Part shown: in pieces, positions 37,353 to 49,300 of the stretch | Position numbering within the stretch: the stretch's first letter is position 1 | Layout of the letters: every line of letters begins with the position of its first letter | Assembly (NCBI GenBank): GCA_963924565.1 | Contig: OZ004614.1 | Location: forward strand, 21,762,001 to 21,826,000 | Origin: Ascidiella aspersa | Lineage: Eukaryota | Direction: 5' to 3' | Length of the DNA: 64,000 nt | Notes under the pieces: generated by a model | Told to the model about the DNA's origin: nothing | Databases searched by the model: none | What the model saw: only the letters and a program-made list of their open reading frames with translations | Translations under genes and position numbers: made by a program

Positions 37353-38970
37353 GATACTTACAACCACTAATTAATAGATAAGTACCTAATTGGATGTACT
37401 TGTGGAGCGAACACGAACAGTTTGATCGATGCTGACATAACACTGACCTGAATTGGCAATGACACAATTCACGACTCATAAAAACGGAAACTTGACGAAT
37501 ACCGGTGTGAAATCAGACCTGTGTTCGCTTGTAAAGAGTCAATAGCCTATAACCTATTTTTTACTGAGAAACCCTTGGGATTTATCTGCAAATATGGCTT
37601 AGTTTACCCCTTACAACAATGAATTAAAAAGACTATGCAACTTTATTCAAGCTACATTTATGGCCTATTAACACGCCAGTAGATGAACGTAGATTGCCTA
37701 CATTTGTTCTAGCACGGGGCAGTTACGTCACAAAGCAATGTAAAAGCTCATTTGTTACGAAATAGACAAAAAAGACTCCAAACGGCGTAAGAATAATGTC
37801 AACACAAAACGTTGCTCTTGGTTAAAATATTTAATAGTTTGCTACTTATAATGCCAATCAAATCACAGTGATTATAGTTGTTGAGTATGCGCAGCGTATG
37901 ATGGTTTGAGATTATACGCTGAACGTGGTATGTTTAAACCTTTTTATCGCTCGTCTCATAAACGTGACAAAAAATTATATACAGAAAAATTTTCACGGTG
38001 CCAGAAAAATGAACTTACTCGCGTAACTCCGATTTTTTTACGTGTACCTTATAGTTTTAAAAACCATGGCTTCACCTTAAAACAACATTTAATACAACAT
38101 TTAAATATACATATGCAACTACACACAACTATATAGTCTGCACGAAATTACCACTATCGTAAAAAACAAAGCAATCCAATTTCGTAATAGATCTTATTTG
38201 ACAAGGGCGTATTCGGGAAAATACATATCCGTGGCTCACCCCTAAACTCTATTTTTTATTGTCCATTTACCAACTTTAACGCAATTTCATTCGCGCTTTG
38301 TACGATTCAGAACTTTAATATGTCTAGAAAAAAGTTTACTTCACTATATGAATTATGCTGTAACAGTAAAGGCACTCGTCCTTTAGTTGTGTGATACGTT
38401 TAGGTAAGATACCTTGGTTAGTCACGGCGGTCACCACTAACAAGTGTTCATTCAAACTTCATAAAAAGTGTTTTTAAGGTATTGTTTGTGTATCAACATT
38501 AATATTTGGGTTTTATAGTGTTACCCTTTTTGCTGTTAACACCTTTTTATCACACCTTTTCGAATGACCTCTAGTTTTGGGAATGCTTTATGATAGTCGA
38601 CAGTCAGGCTGGGCAAGGCTGGGATAACCACTTGTTTATAGAACGTCGTCGTTTACGCCCTATTTTAGTCTCTGACCACTACATATGACACCCCTTTAGA
38701 GCTTTATATTTTATATGCAAGTTCGCCTGCATCGCCCTATATTACAACACTGATATACGTCTCGTGTAGCGCTAAGGCATCCGCGACATGCCGTGAAATA
38801 GAGAGTCCTGATACTTTGGCGTAAGACCTTAAAGATTTTAATTTCAACTTGTCATTTTGTGGGGCGTTTCATACAAATTTGCTTGATATGGTTTATGAAC
38901 GCACGTTTCATTGCTAATTTGTTGATAGCAAATTCTAAATTTAACTTTTTTTAATTTTGCTAAAAGTCTT

Positions 38971-39012
38971 TGGAGATGCCGGGCGTCGATCCCGGTACCT
39001 CTCACATGCTAA
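38971..39012 (-). pseudogene. Truncated tRNA-Ala(AGC) (3' 42 nt only)
   Basis: Relative to the 36520 copy, a 42-bp deletion removes tRNA nt 1-31 and 11 nt of 5' flank. Anticodon loop, T arm (B box) and terminator remain. Confidence 0.9.
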
Positions 39013-39394
39013 ACATGCATAAGTGTTTCTCAATTGCAACGGACAGTCGGTCAGTCAACCGATGACCAGTGTTGTTGTTGAAACAGCAACTTAGTGGGAA
39101 AAATACTCGTGCCCAAAAAGTTAGGCACGCGCGAATTAAAAATCTCTATTTACGTTGGGAAGATGATAACGTGAGGTCAGAATATATGTTATATGCCGAA
39201 TGTTATGATTTCGACCGCATTGTGAGTTCTGCTTCATCATGCGTGTTTTGATTTACGTTTTTACAAATCTATACTGTAGTATTTTAGGTACGCTAGCAAA
39301 ATACTGTATAAGCTACTTCAGTTTTCCGAGGTAATTTTTTTGATTGTGATGGAAGTTTTTAAGAGGCGAACAAACAAATATATGTCTAAAAACC

Positions 39395-39467
39395 TGGAGA
39401 TGCCGGGCGTCGATCCCGGTACCTCTCACATGCTAAGCGAGCGCTCTACCATTTGAGCTACATCCCC
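39395..39467 (-). tRNA. tRNA-Ala-AGC: tRNA-Ala(AGC)
   Basis: Identical to array consensus. Confidence 0.96.
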
Positions 39468-40876
39468 GATGCTTATAACCACTAATTAATAGATAAGTAC
39501 CTAATTGGATCTACTTGTGGAGCGAATACGAACAGTCTGATCGATGCTGACATAACATTGACCGGAATTTCAATGGCACAACTCACAACTCATAAAAACG
39601 GAACCTTGACAAATACCGGTGTGAAATCAGACCTGTGTTCGCTTGTAAAGAGTAAATAACCTATAACCTATTTTTTACTGAAAAACCCTTGGGATTTATC
39701 TGCAAAAATGGCTTAGTTTACCCCTTACAACAATGAATTAAAAAGACTATGCAACTTTAGTCCAGATATATTTATGGTCTATTAACACGGCAGTAGATGA
39801 ACGTAGATTGCCTACATTTATTCTAGTACGGGGCAGTTACGTCGCAAAGCAATGTAAAAGCTAATTTGTTACAAAACAGACAATAATGACTCCAATCGGC
39901 GTAAGAATAATGTCAAAACAAAACGTTGCTGCACTTGGTTAAAACATTTAATAGTTTGCTACTTATAATGCCAATGAAATTACAGTGATTACTTGTTGAG
40001 TATGCGCAGCATATGATGGTTTTAGCTTAGACGCTGAACGTGGTATGTTTAAACAAACAAGAAATCCAATTTCGTAATAGATCTTATTTGTTAACGGCGT
40101 ATTCGGGAAAATACATAACCGTGGCCCCTAAACTCTATTTTGCATACTTTAGCGCAATTTTATTCGCGCTTCGTACGATTCAGAACTTTAATATGCCTAG
40201 AAAACTTTAATATGTCTAGAAAAAGAAAAAGCTTACATCACTATATGAATTATGCTAAGTAACAGTAAAAGCACTCGTCCTTTAGTTGTGTGATATCTTT
40301 AGTTAAGATACGGTACCTTGGTTAGTCACGGCGGTCACCACTCCCAAGTGTTTATTCAAACTTCATAAAAAGTGTTTTTAAGGTATTGTTTGTGTATCAA
40401 CATTAATATTTGGGTTTTATAGTGTTACCCTTTTTGCTGTTAACACCTTTTTATCTGTCGAGCCATCACACCTTTTTGGCATTACCTCTAGTATGGGGAA
40501 TGCTTTATGATAGTCGACAGTCAGGCTGGGCAAGGCTGGGATAACCACTTGTTTATAGATCGTCGTCGTTTACGCCCTATTTTAGTCTCTGACCACTATA
40601 TATGACACCCCTTTAGAGCTTTATGTTTTATATGCAAGTTCGCCTGCATCGGCCTATATTACAACACTGATATACGTCTCGTGTAGCACTCAGGCATCCG
40701 ACAATAGAGAGTCCTGATACTTTGGCGTAACACCTTAAAGATTTTAATTTCAACTTGTCATTTTGTGGGGCGTTTCATACAAATCTGCATGATATGGTTT
40801 ATGAACGAACGTTTCGTTGCTAATTTGTTGATAGCAAATTCCAAATTTAACTTTTTTTAATTTTGCTAAAAGTTCT

Positions 40877-40949
40877 TGGAGATGCCGGGCGTCGATCCCG
40901 GTACCTCTCACATGCTAAGCGAGCGCTCTACCATTTGAGCTACATCCCC
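40877..40949 (-). tRNA. tRNA-Ala-AGC: tRNA-Ala(AGC)
   Basis: Identical to array consensus. Confidence 0.96.
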
Positions 40950-41364
40950 GACAATGTTCAACATGCATAAGTGTTTTTCAATAGCAACGGACAGTCGGTC
41001 AGTCAACCGATGACCAGTGTTGTTGTTGAAACAGCAACTTAGTGGGAAAAAGACTTGTGCCCAAGAGTTAGGCACGCGAGAACTAAAAACCCCTACATAC
41101 CTTGGCATGACGATACACTGAAGTCAGAATCTATGTTATATTATACAAAATTTTATGATTTCGACCGCATTGTCAGCTCTGCTATGTGCGTGTTTTGATT
41201 TACGTGCTATTCGAATACTGTAGTATTTTAGGCACGCAAGTAAAATGGAGGTATAACAACATTTAAGTGTAGGTATACTTCGGGAAACAGTTTTCCCGTC
41301 GTTATTTTTTCGATTGTGATGTAAGTTTTTAAGAGGCGGACAAACAAATAAATGTCTAAAAACT

Positions 41365-41437
41365 TGGAGATGCCGGGCGTCGATCCCGGTACCTCTCACA
41401 TGCTAAGCGAGCGCTCTACCATTTGAGCTACATCCCC
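41365..41437 (-). tRNA. tRNA-Ala-AGC: tRNA-Ala(AGC)
   Basis: Identical to array consensus. Confidence 0.96.
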
Positions 41438-41636
41438 GACAGCAACGTAATGCAAAAGTGTTGGTCAAGTGCAACGGACAGTCGACCAGTCAACCAATGA
41501 CCAGTGTTGTTATACTGTAGTATTTTAGGTCCGCAAGTAAAATACTGTATAAGCTACTTCAGTTTTCCGACGTAATTTTTTTGATTGTGATGTAAGTTTT
41601 TAAGAGGCGAACAAAACTAACAAATGTCTAAATATC

Positions 41637-41709
41637 TGGAGATGCCGGGCGTCGATCCCGGTACCTCTCACATGCTAAGCGAGCGCTCTACCATTTGAGC
41701 TACATCCCC
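41637..41709 (-). tRNA. tRNA-Ala-AGC: tRNA-Ala(AGC), proximal terminator interrupted
   Basis: Consensus gene body; trailer GATATTT instead of GATTTTT. Confidence 0.95.
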
Positions 41710-43335
41710 GATACTTACAACCACTAATTAATAGATAAGTACCTAATTGGATGTACTTGTGGAGCGAACACGAACAGTTTGATCGATGCTGACATAACAC
41801 TGACCTGAATTGGCAATGACACAATTCACGACTCATAAAAACGGAAACTTGACGAATACCGGTGTGAAATCAGACCTGTGTTCGCTTGTAAAGAGTAGAT
41901 AGCCTATAACCTATTTTTTACTGAAAAATCCTTGGGATTTATCTGCAAATATGGCTTAGTTTACCCCTTACAACAATGAATTAAAAAGACTATGCAACTT
42001 TATTCAAGCTACATTTATGGCCTATTAACACGCCAGTAGATGAACGTAGATTGCCTACATTTGTTCTAGCACGGGGCAGTTACGTCACAAAGCAATGTAA
42101 AAGCTCATTTGTTACGAAATAGACAAAAAAGACTCCAAACGGCGTAAGAATAGTGTCAACACAAAACGTTGCTCTTGGTTAAAATATTTAATAGTTTGCT
42201 ACTTATAATGCCAATCAAATCACAGTGATTATAGTTGTTGAGTATGCGCAGCGTATGATGGTTTGAGATTATACGCTGAACGTGGTATGTTTAAACCTTT
42301 TTATCGCTCGTCTCATAAACGTGACAAAAAATTATATACAGAAAAATTTTCACGGTGCCAGAAAAATGAACTTACTCGCGTAACTCCGATTTTTTTACGT
42401 GTACCTTATAGTTTTAAAAACCATGGCTTCACCTTAAAACAACATTTAATACAACATTTAAATATACATATGCAACTACACACAACTATATAGTCTGCAC
42501 GAAATTAGCACTATCGTAAAAAACAAAGAAATCCAATTTCGTAATAGATCTTATTTGACAAGGGCGTATTCGGGAAAATACATATCCGTGGCTCACCCCT
42601 AAACTCTATTTTTTATTGTCCATTTACCAACTTTAACGCAATTTCATTCGCGCTTTGTACGATTCAGAACTTTAATATGTCTAGAAAAAAGTTTACTTCA
42701 CTATATGAATTATGCTGTAACAGTAAAGGCACTCGTCCTTTAGTTGTGTGATACGTTTAGGTAAGATACCTTGGTTAGTCACGGCGGTCACCACTAACAA
42801 GTGTTCATTCAAACTTCATAAAAAGTGTTTTTAAGGTATTGTTTGTGTATCAACATTAATATTTGGGTTTTATAGTGTTACCCTTTTTTGCTGTTAACAC
42901 CTTTTTATCTGTCGAGCCATCACACCTTTTCGAATGACCTCTAGTTTTGGGAATGCTTTATGATAGTCGACAGTCAGGCTGGGCAAGGCTGGGATAACCA
43001 CTTGTTTATAGATCGTCGTTTACGCCCTATTTTAGTCTCTGACCACTACATATGACACCCCTTTTGAGCTTTATGTTCTATGCAAGTTCGCCTGTATCGC
43101 CCTATATTACAACACTGATTTACGTCTCGTGTAGCGCTCAGGCATCCGCGACATGCCGTGAAATAGAGAGTCCTGATACTTTGGCGTAACACCTTACAAA
43201 TTTTAATCTCAACTTGTCATTTTGTGGGGCGTTTCATACAAATCTGCATGATATGGTTTATGAACGCACGTTTCGTTGCTAATTTGTTGATAGCAAATTC
43301 CAAATTTAACTTTTTTTAATTTTGCTAAAAGTTCT

Positions 43336-43408
43336 TGGAGATGCCGGGCGTCGATCCCAGTACCTCTCACATGCTAAGCGAGCGCTCTACCATTTGAGCT
43401 ACATCCCC
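43336..43408 (-). tRNA. tRNA-Ala-AGC: tRNA-Ala(AGC), variant C50>U (wobble in T stem)
   Basis: Single substitution at 43359. Confidence 0.93.
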
Positions 43409-43823
43409 GACAATGTTCAACATGCATAAGTGTTTCTCAATAGCAACGGACAGTCGGTCAGTCAACCGATGACCAGTGTTGTTGTTGAAACAGCAACTTA
43501 GTGGGAAAAAGACTTGTGCCCAAGAGTTAGGCACGCGAGAACTAAAAACCCCTACATACCTTGGCATGACGATACACTGAAGTCAGAATCTATGTTATAT
43601 TATGCAAAATTTTATGATTTCGACCGCATTGTCAGCTCTGCTATGTGCGTGTTTTGATTTACGTGCTATTCGAATACTGTAGTATTTTAGGCACGCAAGT
43701 AAAATGGAGGTATAACAACATTTAAGTGTAGGCATACTTCGGGAAACAGTTTTCCCGTCGTTATTTTTTCGATTGTGATGTAAGTTTTTAAGAGGCGGAC
43801 AAACAAATAAATGTCTAAAAACT

Positions 43824-43896
43824 TGGAGATGCCGGGCGTCGATCCCGGTACCTCTCACATGCTAAGCGAGCGCTCTACCATTTGAGCTACATCCCC
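43824..43896 (-). tRNA. tRNA-Ala-AGC: tRNA-Ala(AGC)
   Basis: Identical to array consensus. Confidence 0.96.
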
Positions 43897-44095
43897 GACA
43901 GCAACGTAATGCAAAAGTGTTGGTCAAGTGCAACGGACAGTCGACCAGTCAACCAATGACCAGTGTTGTTATACTGTAGTATTTTAGGTCCGCAAGTAAA
44001 ATACTGTATAAGATACTTCAGTTTTCCGACGTAATTTTTTTGATTGTGATCTAAGTTTTTAAGAGGCGAACAAAACTAACAAATGTCTAAAAATC

Positions 44096-44168
44096 TGGAG
44101 ATGCCGGGCGTCGATCCCGGTACCTCTCACATGCTAAGCGAGCGCTCTACCATTTGAGCTACATCCCC
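44096..44168 (-). tRNA. tRNA-Ala-AGC: tRNA-Ala(AGC)
   Basis: Identical to array consensus. Confidence 0.96.
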
Positions 44169-45784
44169 GATACTTACAACCACTAATTAATAGATAAGTA
44201 CCTAATTGGATGTACTTGTGGAGCGAACACGAACAGTTTGATCGATGCTGACATAACACTGACCTGAATTGGCAATGACACAATTCACGACTCATAAAAA
44301 CGGAAACTTGACGAATACCGGTGTGAAATCAGACCTGTGTTCGCTTGTAAAGAGTAGATAGCCTATAACCTATTTTTTACTGAAAAACCCTTGGGATTTA
44401 TCTGCAAATATGGCTTAGTTTACCCCTTACAACAATGAATTAAAAAGACTATGCAACTTTATTCAAGCTACATTTATGGCCTATTAACACGCCAGTAGAT
44501 GAACGTAGATTGCCTACATTTGTTCTAGCACGGGGCAGTTACGTCACAAAGCAATGTAAAAGCTCATTTGTTACGAAATAGACAAAAAAGACTCCAAACG
44601 GCGTAAGAATAATGTCAACACAAAACGTTGCTCTTGGTTAAAATATTTAATAGTTTGCTACTTATAATGCCAATCAAATCACAGTGATTATAGTTGTTGA
44701 GTATGCGCAGCGTATGATGGTTTGAGATTATACGCTGAACGTGGTATGTTTAAACCTTTTTATCGCTCGTCTCATAAACGTGACAAAAAATTATATACAG
44801 AAAAATTTTCACGGTGCCAGAAAAATGAACTTACTCGCGTAACTCCGATTTTTTTACGTGTACCTTATAGTTTTAAAAACCATGGCTTCACCTTAAAACA
44901 ACATTTAATACAACATTTAAATATACATATGCAACTACACACAACTATATAGTCTGCACGAAATTACCACTATCGTAAAAAACAAAGCAATCCAATTTCG
45001 TAATAGATCTTATTTGACAAGGGCGTATTCGGGAAAATACATAACCGTGGCTCACCCCTAAACTCTATTTTTTATTGTCCATTTACCAACTTTAACGCAA
45101 TTTCATTCGCGCTTTGTACGATTCAGAACTTTAATATGTCTAGAAAAAAGTTTACTTCACTATATGAATTATGCTGTAACAGTAAAGGCACTCGTCCTTT
45201 AGTTGTGTGATACGTTTAGGTAAGATACCTTGGTTAGTCACGGCGGTCACCACTAACAAGTGTTCATTCAAACTTCATAAAAAGTGTTTTTAAGGTATTG
45301 TTTGTGTATCAACATTAATATTTGGGTTTTATAGTGTTACCCTTTTTGCTGTTAACACCTTTTTATCACACCTTTTCGAATGACCTCTAGTTTTGGGAAT
45401 GCTTTATGATAGTCGACAGTCAGGCTGGGCAAGGCTGGGATAACCACTTGTTTATAGATCGTCGTCGTTTACGCCCTATTTTAGTCTCTGACCACTATAT
45501 ATGACACCCCTTTTGAGCTTTATGTTCTATGCAAGTTCGCCTGCATCGCCCTAAATTACAACACTGATATACGTCTCGTGTAGCGCTCAGGCATCCGCGA
45601 CATGCCGTGAAATAGAGAGTCCTGATACTTTGGCGTAACACCTTAAAGATTTTAATTTCAACTTGTCATTTTGTGGGGCGTTTCATACAAATTTGCTTGA
45701 TATGGTTTATGAACGCACGTTTCGTTGCTAATTTGTTGATAGCAAATTCCAAATTTAACTTTTTTTAATTTTGCTAAAAGTCTT

Positions 45785-45857
45785 TGGAGATGCCGGGCGT
45801 CGATCCCGGTATCTCTCACATGCTAAGCGAGCGCTCTACCATTTGAGCTACATCCCC
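45785..45857 (-). tRNA. tRNA-Ala-AGC: tRNA-Ala(AGC), variant G46>A
   Basis: Single substitution at 45812 in the variable loop. Confidence 0.92.
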
Positions 45858-46240
45858 GATAGGGAGCCATTAGCTAACGTGCTGTTTTTATCTCTCCTTA
45901 CAAAAGTACTTGAGTGCGATAACCAATTAGTCAGTTAGGATGTTGTTTCCATATGCAGGTCAGTAATACGCAGTTCGGTAATCTATAAGCACTAACATTT
46001 GAATAAATATAATTTCACGCTAAAAGTTTTACCATTAACCATTTTTTTTATTACCGAAGTATTTATTTTTTGAAAACTATTGGATTTCTATTAATTTAGT
46101 CAGAAAAGCCCAGTATATCAATATGGTACGAAAATATGCAAAAGGCACTTTTTAATAGGTTTCCTCTGAATGTTTGCATTTATTTGTTATACTTTGGCAA
46201 AATGCATTCGCTATGTAAAATAGATTATAAAAATAAAATC

Positions 46241-46313
46241 TGGAGATGCCGGGCGTCGATCCCGGTACCTCTCACATGCTAAGCGAGCGCTCTACCATTT
46301 GAGCTACATCCCC
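46241..46313 (-). tRNA. tRNA-Ala-AGC: tRNA-Ala(AGC)
   Basis: Identical to array consensus; unique flanks. Confidence 0.96.
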
Positions 46314-49300
46314 GACGTGAATTTGCGTTCAAAACGCGTACATATTTACATATTGGCTATCGGGCACGTTTTCTCTCTAAGCATTACATTTATACACTTT
46401 CAGTACGATATTAACCAAATAGAATACCTTGTGCTATTATAATGGTTACCACGTAAGTTTTCTTTTGGTTTTCTTTTCAAATATAAGAAGTACGTACATG
46501 TATTTTGACATGCCATTCCATAGACGTTTGGGTTTTTTTGGTGGATTTAAAATTGATCATGCAATAAGCAAGATCCAACTGATTTGATTGTCGAAAAAAC
46601 GCAGCACACTGTAGGCGAGGCATGGCCTGTAGTTAATCTAAAAAGGACTTGAAGATAAATATTTCAGTGTACCCAGCAAACCGTGAAATCGATTGGTTAT
46701 GCCACGGAGAGAGAGGGCAATAACATACGTCATGGGTTTGCGTTCAAACCTTTTGGCCATGCGAGTTATTTTCAGATTATCTATACTTAAACCTAAGTAA
46801 ACGTGTTTGGATTGTGACCTATTGCACGCTTGTCACTTTGTTCAAGGCAGGCCTGTATCAAACCGCCCTATTTTTGTTTATAGCCTATCCCAAGCTATTT
46901 TCGCCAAACTAAACTAGCTTATCACACAATAGAGGTTAAGTGGTGTCAATTCTTAGTTCATTATGTGAACACAATGCACCAAAACCGTCACTTCTAAATT
47001 TTTCTGGGTCGCTTTATTGTGACGTTTCTCTTTAACCTCAGGGCAAGTCCGGTGCCTTATTTAAGCACATGACATCAAAATATGCAAGTTATTTTCAACG
47101 CAAGAGAGTAAATCTATTATTGCTTTTCAAATGTTCGAAAACAGGTTGTTTTTGCAGGACTTTGCGGCTAGTTGAATATTATCCCAAACCACAACAAGCT
47201 TGTGCTGTAAACAGCTATAGTCAACAATTTGTGCTGTAGTAAAAATAGCGGTGACGTGAACTGCTCTTGGGTCGACCGTACGTAAGCAAAGCAAACAACT
47301 CATCAGTGCGTTATCGCCGCAAATATTTAAGGAGTGATAAACCCTCTCCTAAAGTGCACCATCATCACCGAAACAGCTCGGTTATTTGCCAATCATAAGC
47401 TGAATAAACTGTAGTGGTCTTGTAACTACCTTTAATAATCGTCGCCAGCAAGGTTAATAAGGGACAGCGTGAAATTTTTCACTTGTTGTCAGTTAGCATT
47501 GCAAACACTAACTAAATATTTCATAACGGGCCTCGAAAAACAACCTATAGGGCCTTGGGCCAACATGGCAAATTTTCCGACAATGCACGAAAATAACTGT
47601 AAAAATCCTAATATAAGTTTAAAATCCTGTCAGAATTCTACTGACCATAGAAAATAGCAACAGTACAGTGTTATCGAAATTTAAAAGATCTGGAAGTCGC
47701 CTTTCCAAAAAATAGATTATTATATGAACGTTCTAAGTTAGGCAGACTTTTTTGGGGATTTCTAGTCTTCTAAGTATCTCACGTCATTTTTTATTAATAG
47801 GCTAAACAATGTTTGTGGCTGTTGGGCATTCAGTAAAAATAACGTGTTTCTTAAACAGGTCTTTTCAAAAGTGTTGTGCTGCTTGTTGAGTAATATTTAG
47901 TAAGACTTAAACCAAATCTATGAACTATCGTACGAATAAGAGAACCATTTTAATTATCAACATTTTCGCAAAAGTGTGAGGTTTATTTATTTTTGTACGT
48001 CAGCTTTAACACAAACACACATCTTGTGCCGCCACTAAAAATACGAGACCTAATCGAGTAATCACACTAACGCGCCAAAGCGGGTTCAGCAGATTTTCGC
48101 GTACAACCTACGAAAAAGCGGTTAACCGCTTAATTGAGCTTCGCCGTCCACCTGCTAAAATCGCACCACCGCTGTTATTTCGCAGTAACGCGCTATAATT
48201 AATTCAACATCCCGTTGGAAAGACTTAAGGAGTACAGCGAATTCCTCAAATGACGCGTTCGAGTTCGCTCACATCACGCAACGACAATGCCATTCGACTT
48301 TTGTCAGTGCCAATTGCGCAATATCACTTATGCTTCCTATAACAGGGGCCATGATGTAATCGTGATGTAATGTCTTTGCGGGCGTTTTGTGCAAGTTTCT
48401 TTTTTTTACAAGGGTTGACCGTGACAGTGACTTCTATAGTTTTCCACTGACAAAGTAAAAATGGCAAACGTTTTTTTTTTGTAAAATACCTATTTAGAGT
48501 CAACATCGACTTTTTGAAAGTTAAACCCGTGATGTAGCAAATGACTCTAATAAGCTTTTTATATGTAATCTAAAAATGCAGAAAAACGCGTTTTTGCTTA
48601 GCTGCCCTTCCCATATTCGTGCATAGTGAAACGTCTTATTCCCTTTGCGTGTCTGACACTAAATAACATACCAAACTGTTTTGGTAAATGACCTGACAAA
48701 GCATAATACCAAACATACATTATAAATGAACTAAACACCTGCCGAATCAACCGCCTTGGAAACTACAGCAATAATCACGACTTACCTTTACTCCGCTGAT
48801 TTTTTCTACATGCACACTTATACAAGAAGGTGGCGCAGTAAAAGACATACACAGAAAATTGGAAACTCCATTATAAGGCCTGGTCTAATTCTCAGGACCG
48901 TGGATTTGGTGTTTTTATATGACGAATAGAAATTTGAGTGGCGCTCAATAGCATTACATTCAAACGACGACTTTTCAGGCGTGAAATTGAACACGAAAGA
49001 GATACCAATAATTAGGCAATGACCTGTTAATGAAACCAACACATTTTTAGCCTAATGGCTTATCTAATATCCTATTGTGGTTCCCTAAATCAGTGATCCC
49101 GTAAATATGACTGGAGAAAGTGAATATGTCCAATACGTCACTGCCAAAACATTTTTTGCGTACAAATCAGTTCTCTCGGACGGCTCAGTTGTCAAGTGAT
49201 TTGTCCTGGGAATTTTCGGATATCGACTACTGCGGTGACCCCTGGACGTGTGCGCTATGTGTTCACACATGAATCGGGTTCTAGTTGTTTGTAGCCGACT

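Larger units (their letters stand above)
33693..46313 (-). repeat. Tandem tRNA-Ala(AGC) gene array, ~2.45-kb higher-order units
   Basis: Unit starts at 36520, 38971, 40877, 43336, 45785 (spacings 2451, 1906, 2459, 2449). A typical unit is three tRNAs plus a ~1.6-kb spacer; the end units are diverged. Confidence 0.95.

Noticed and set aside
34491-44952. Repeated ORFs (MRGTGIDARHLQV, MPRYVGVFSS, MRLYAERG, MLLLKQQL)
   Set aside because: They overlap tRNA genes or spacer/MITE sequence. They recur only because of tandem duplication and are disrupted in some units.
33693-46313. CRISPR-like pattern of identical repeats with variable spacers, or tRNA-derived SINE
   Set aside because: The repeats are complete 73-nt tRNA genes with immediate Pol III terminators, the spacers are paralogous and hundreds of bp long, and there are no cas genes or SINE body/tail.
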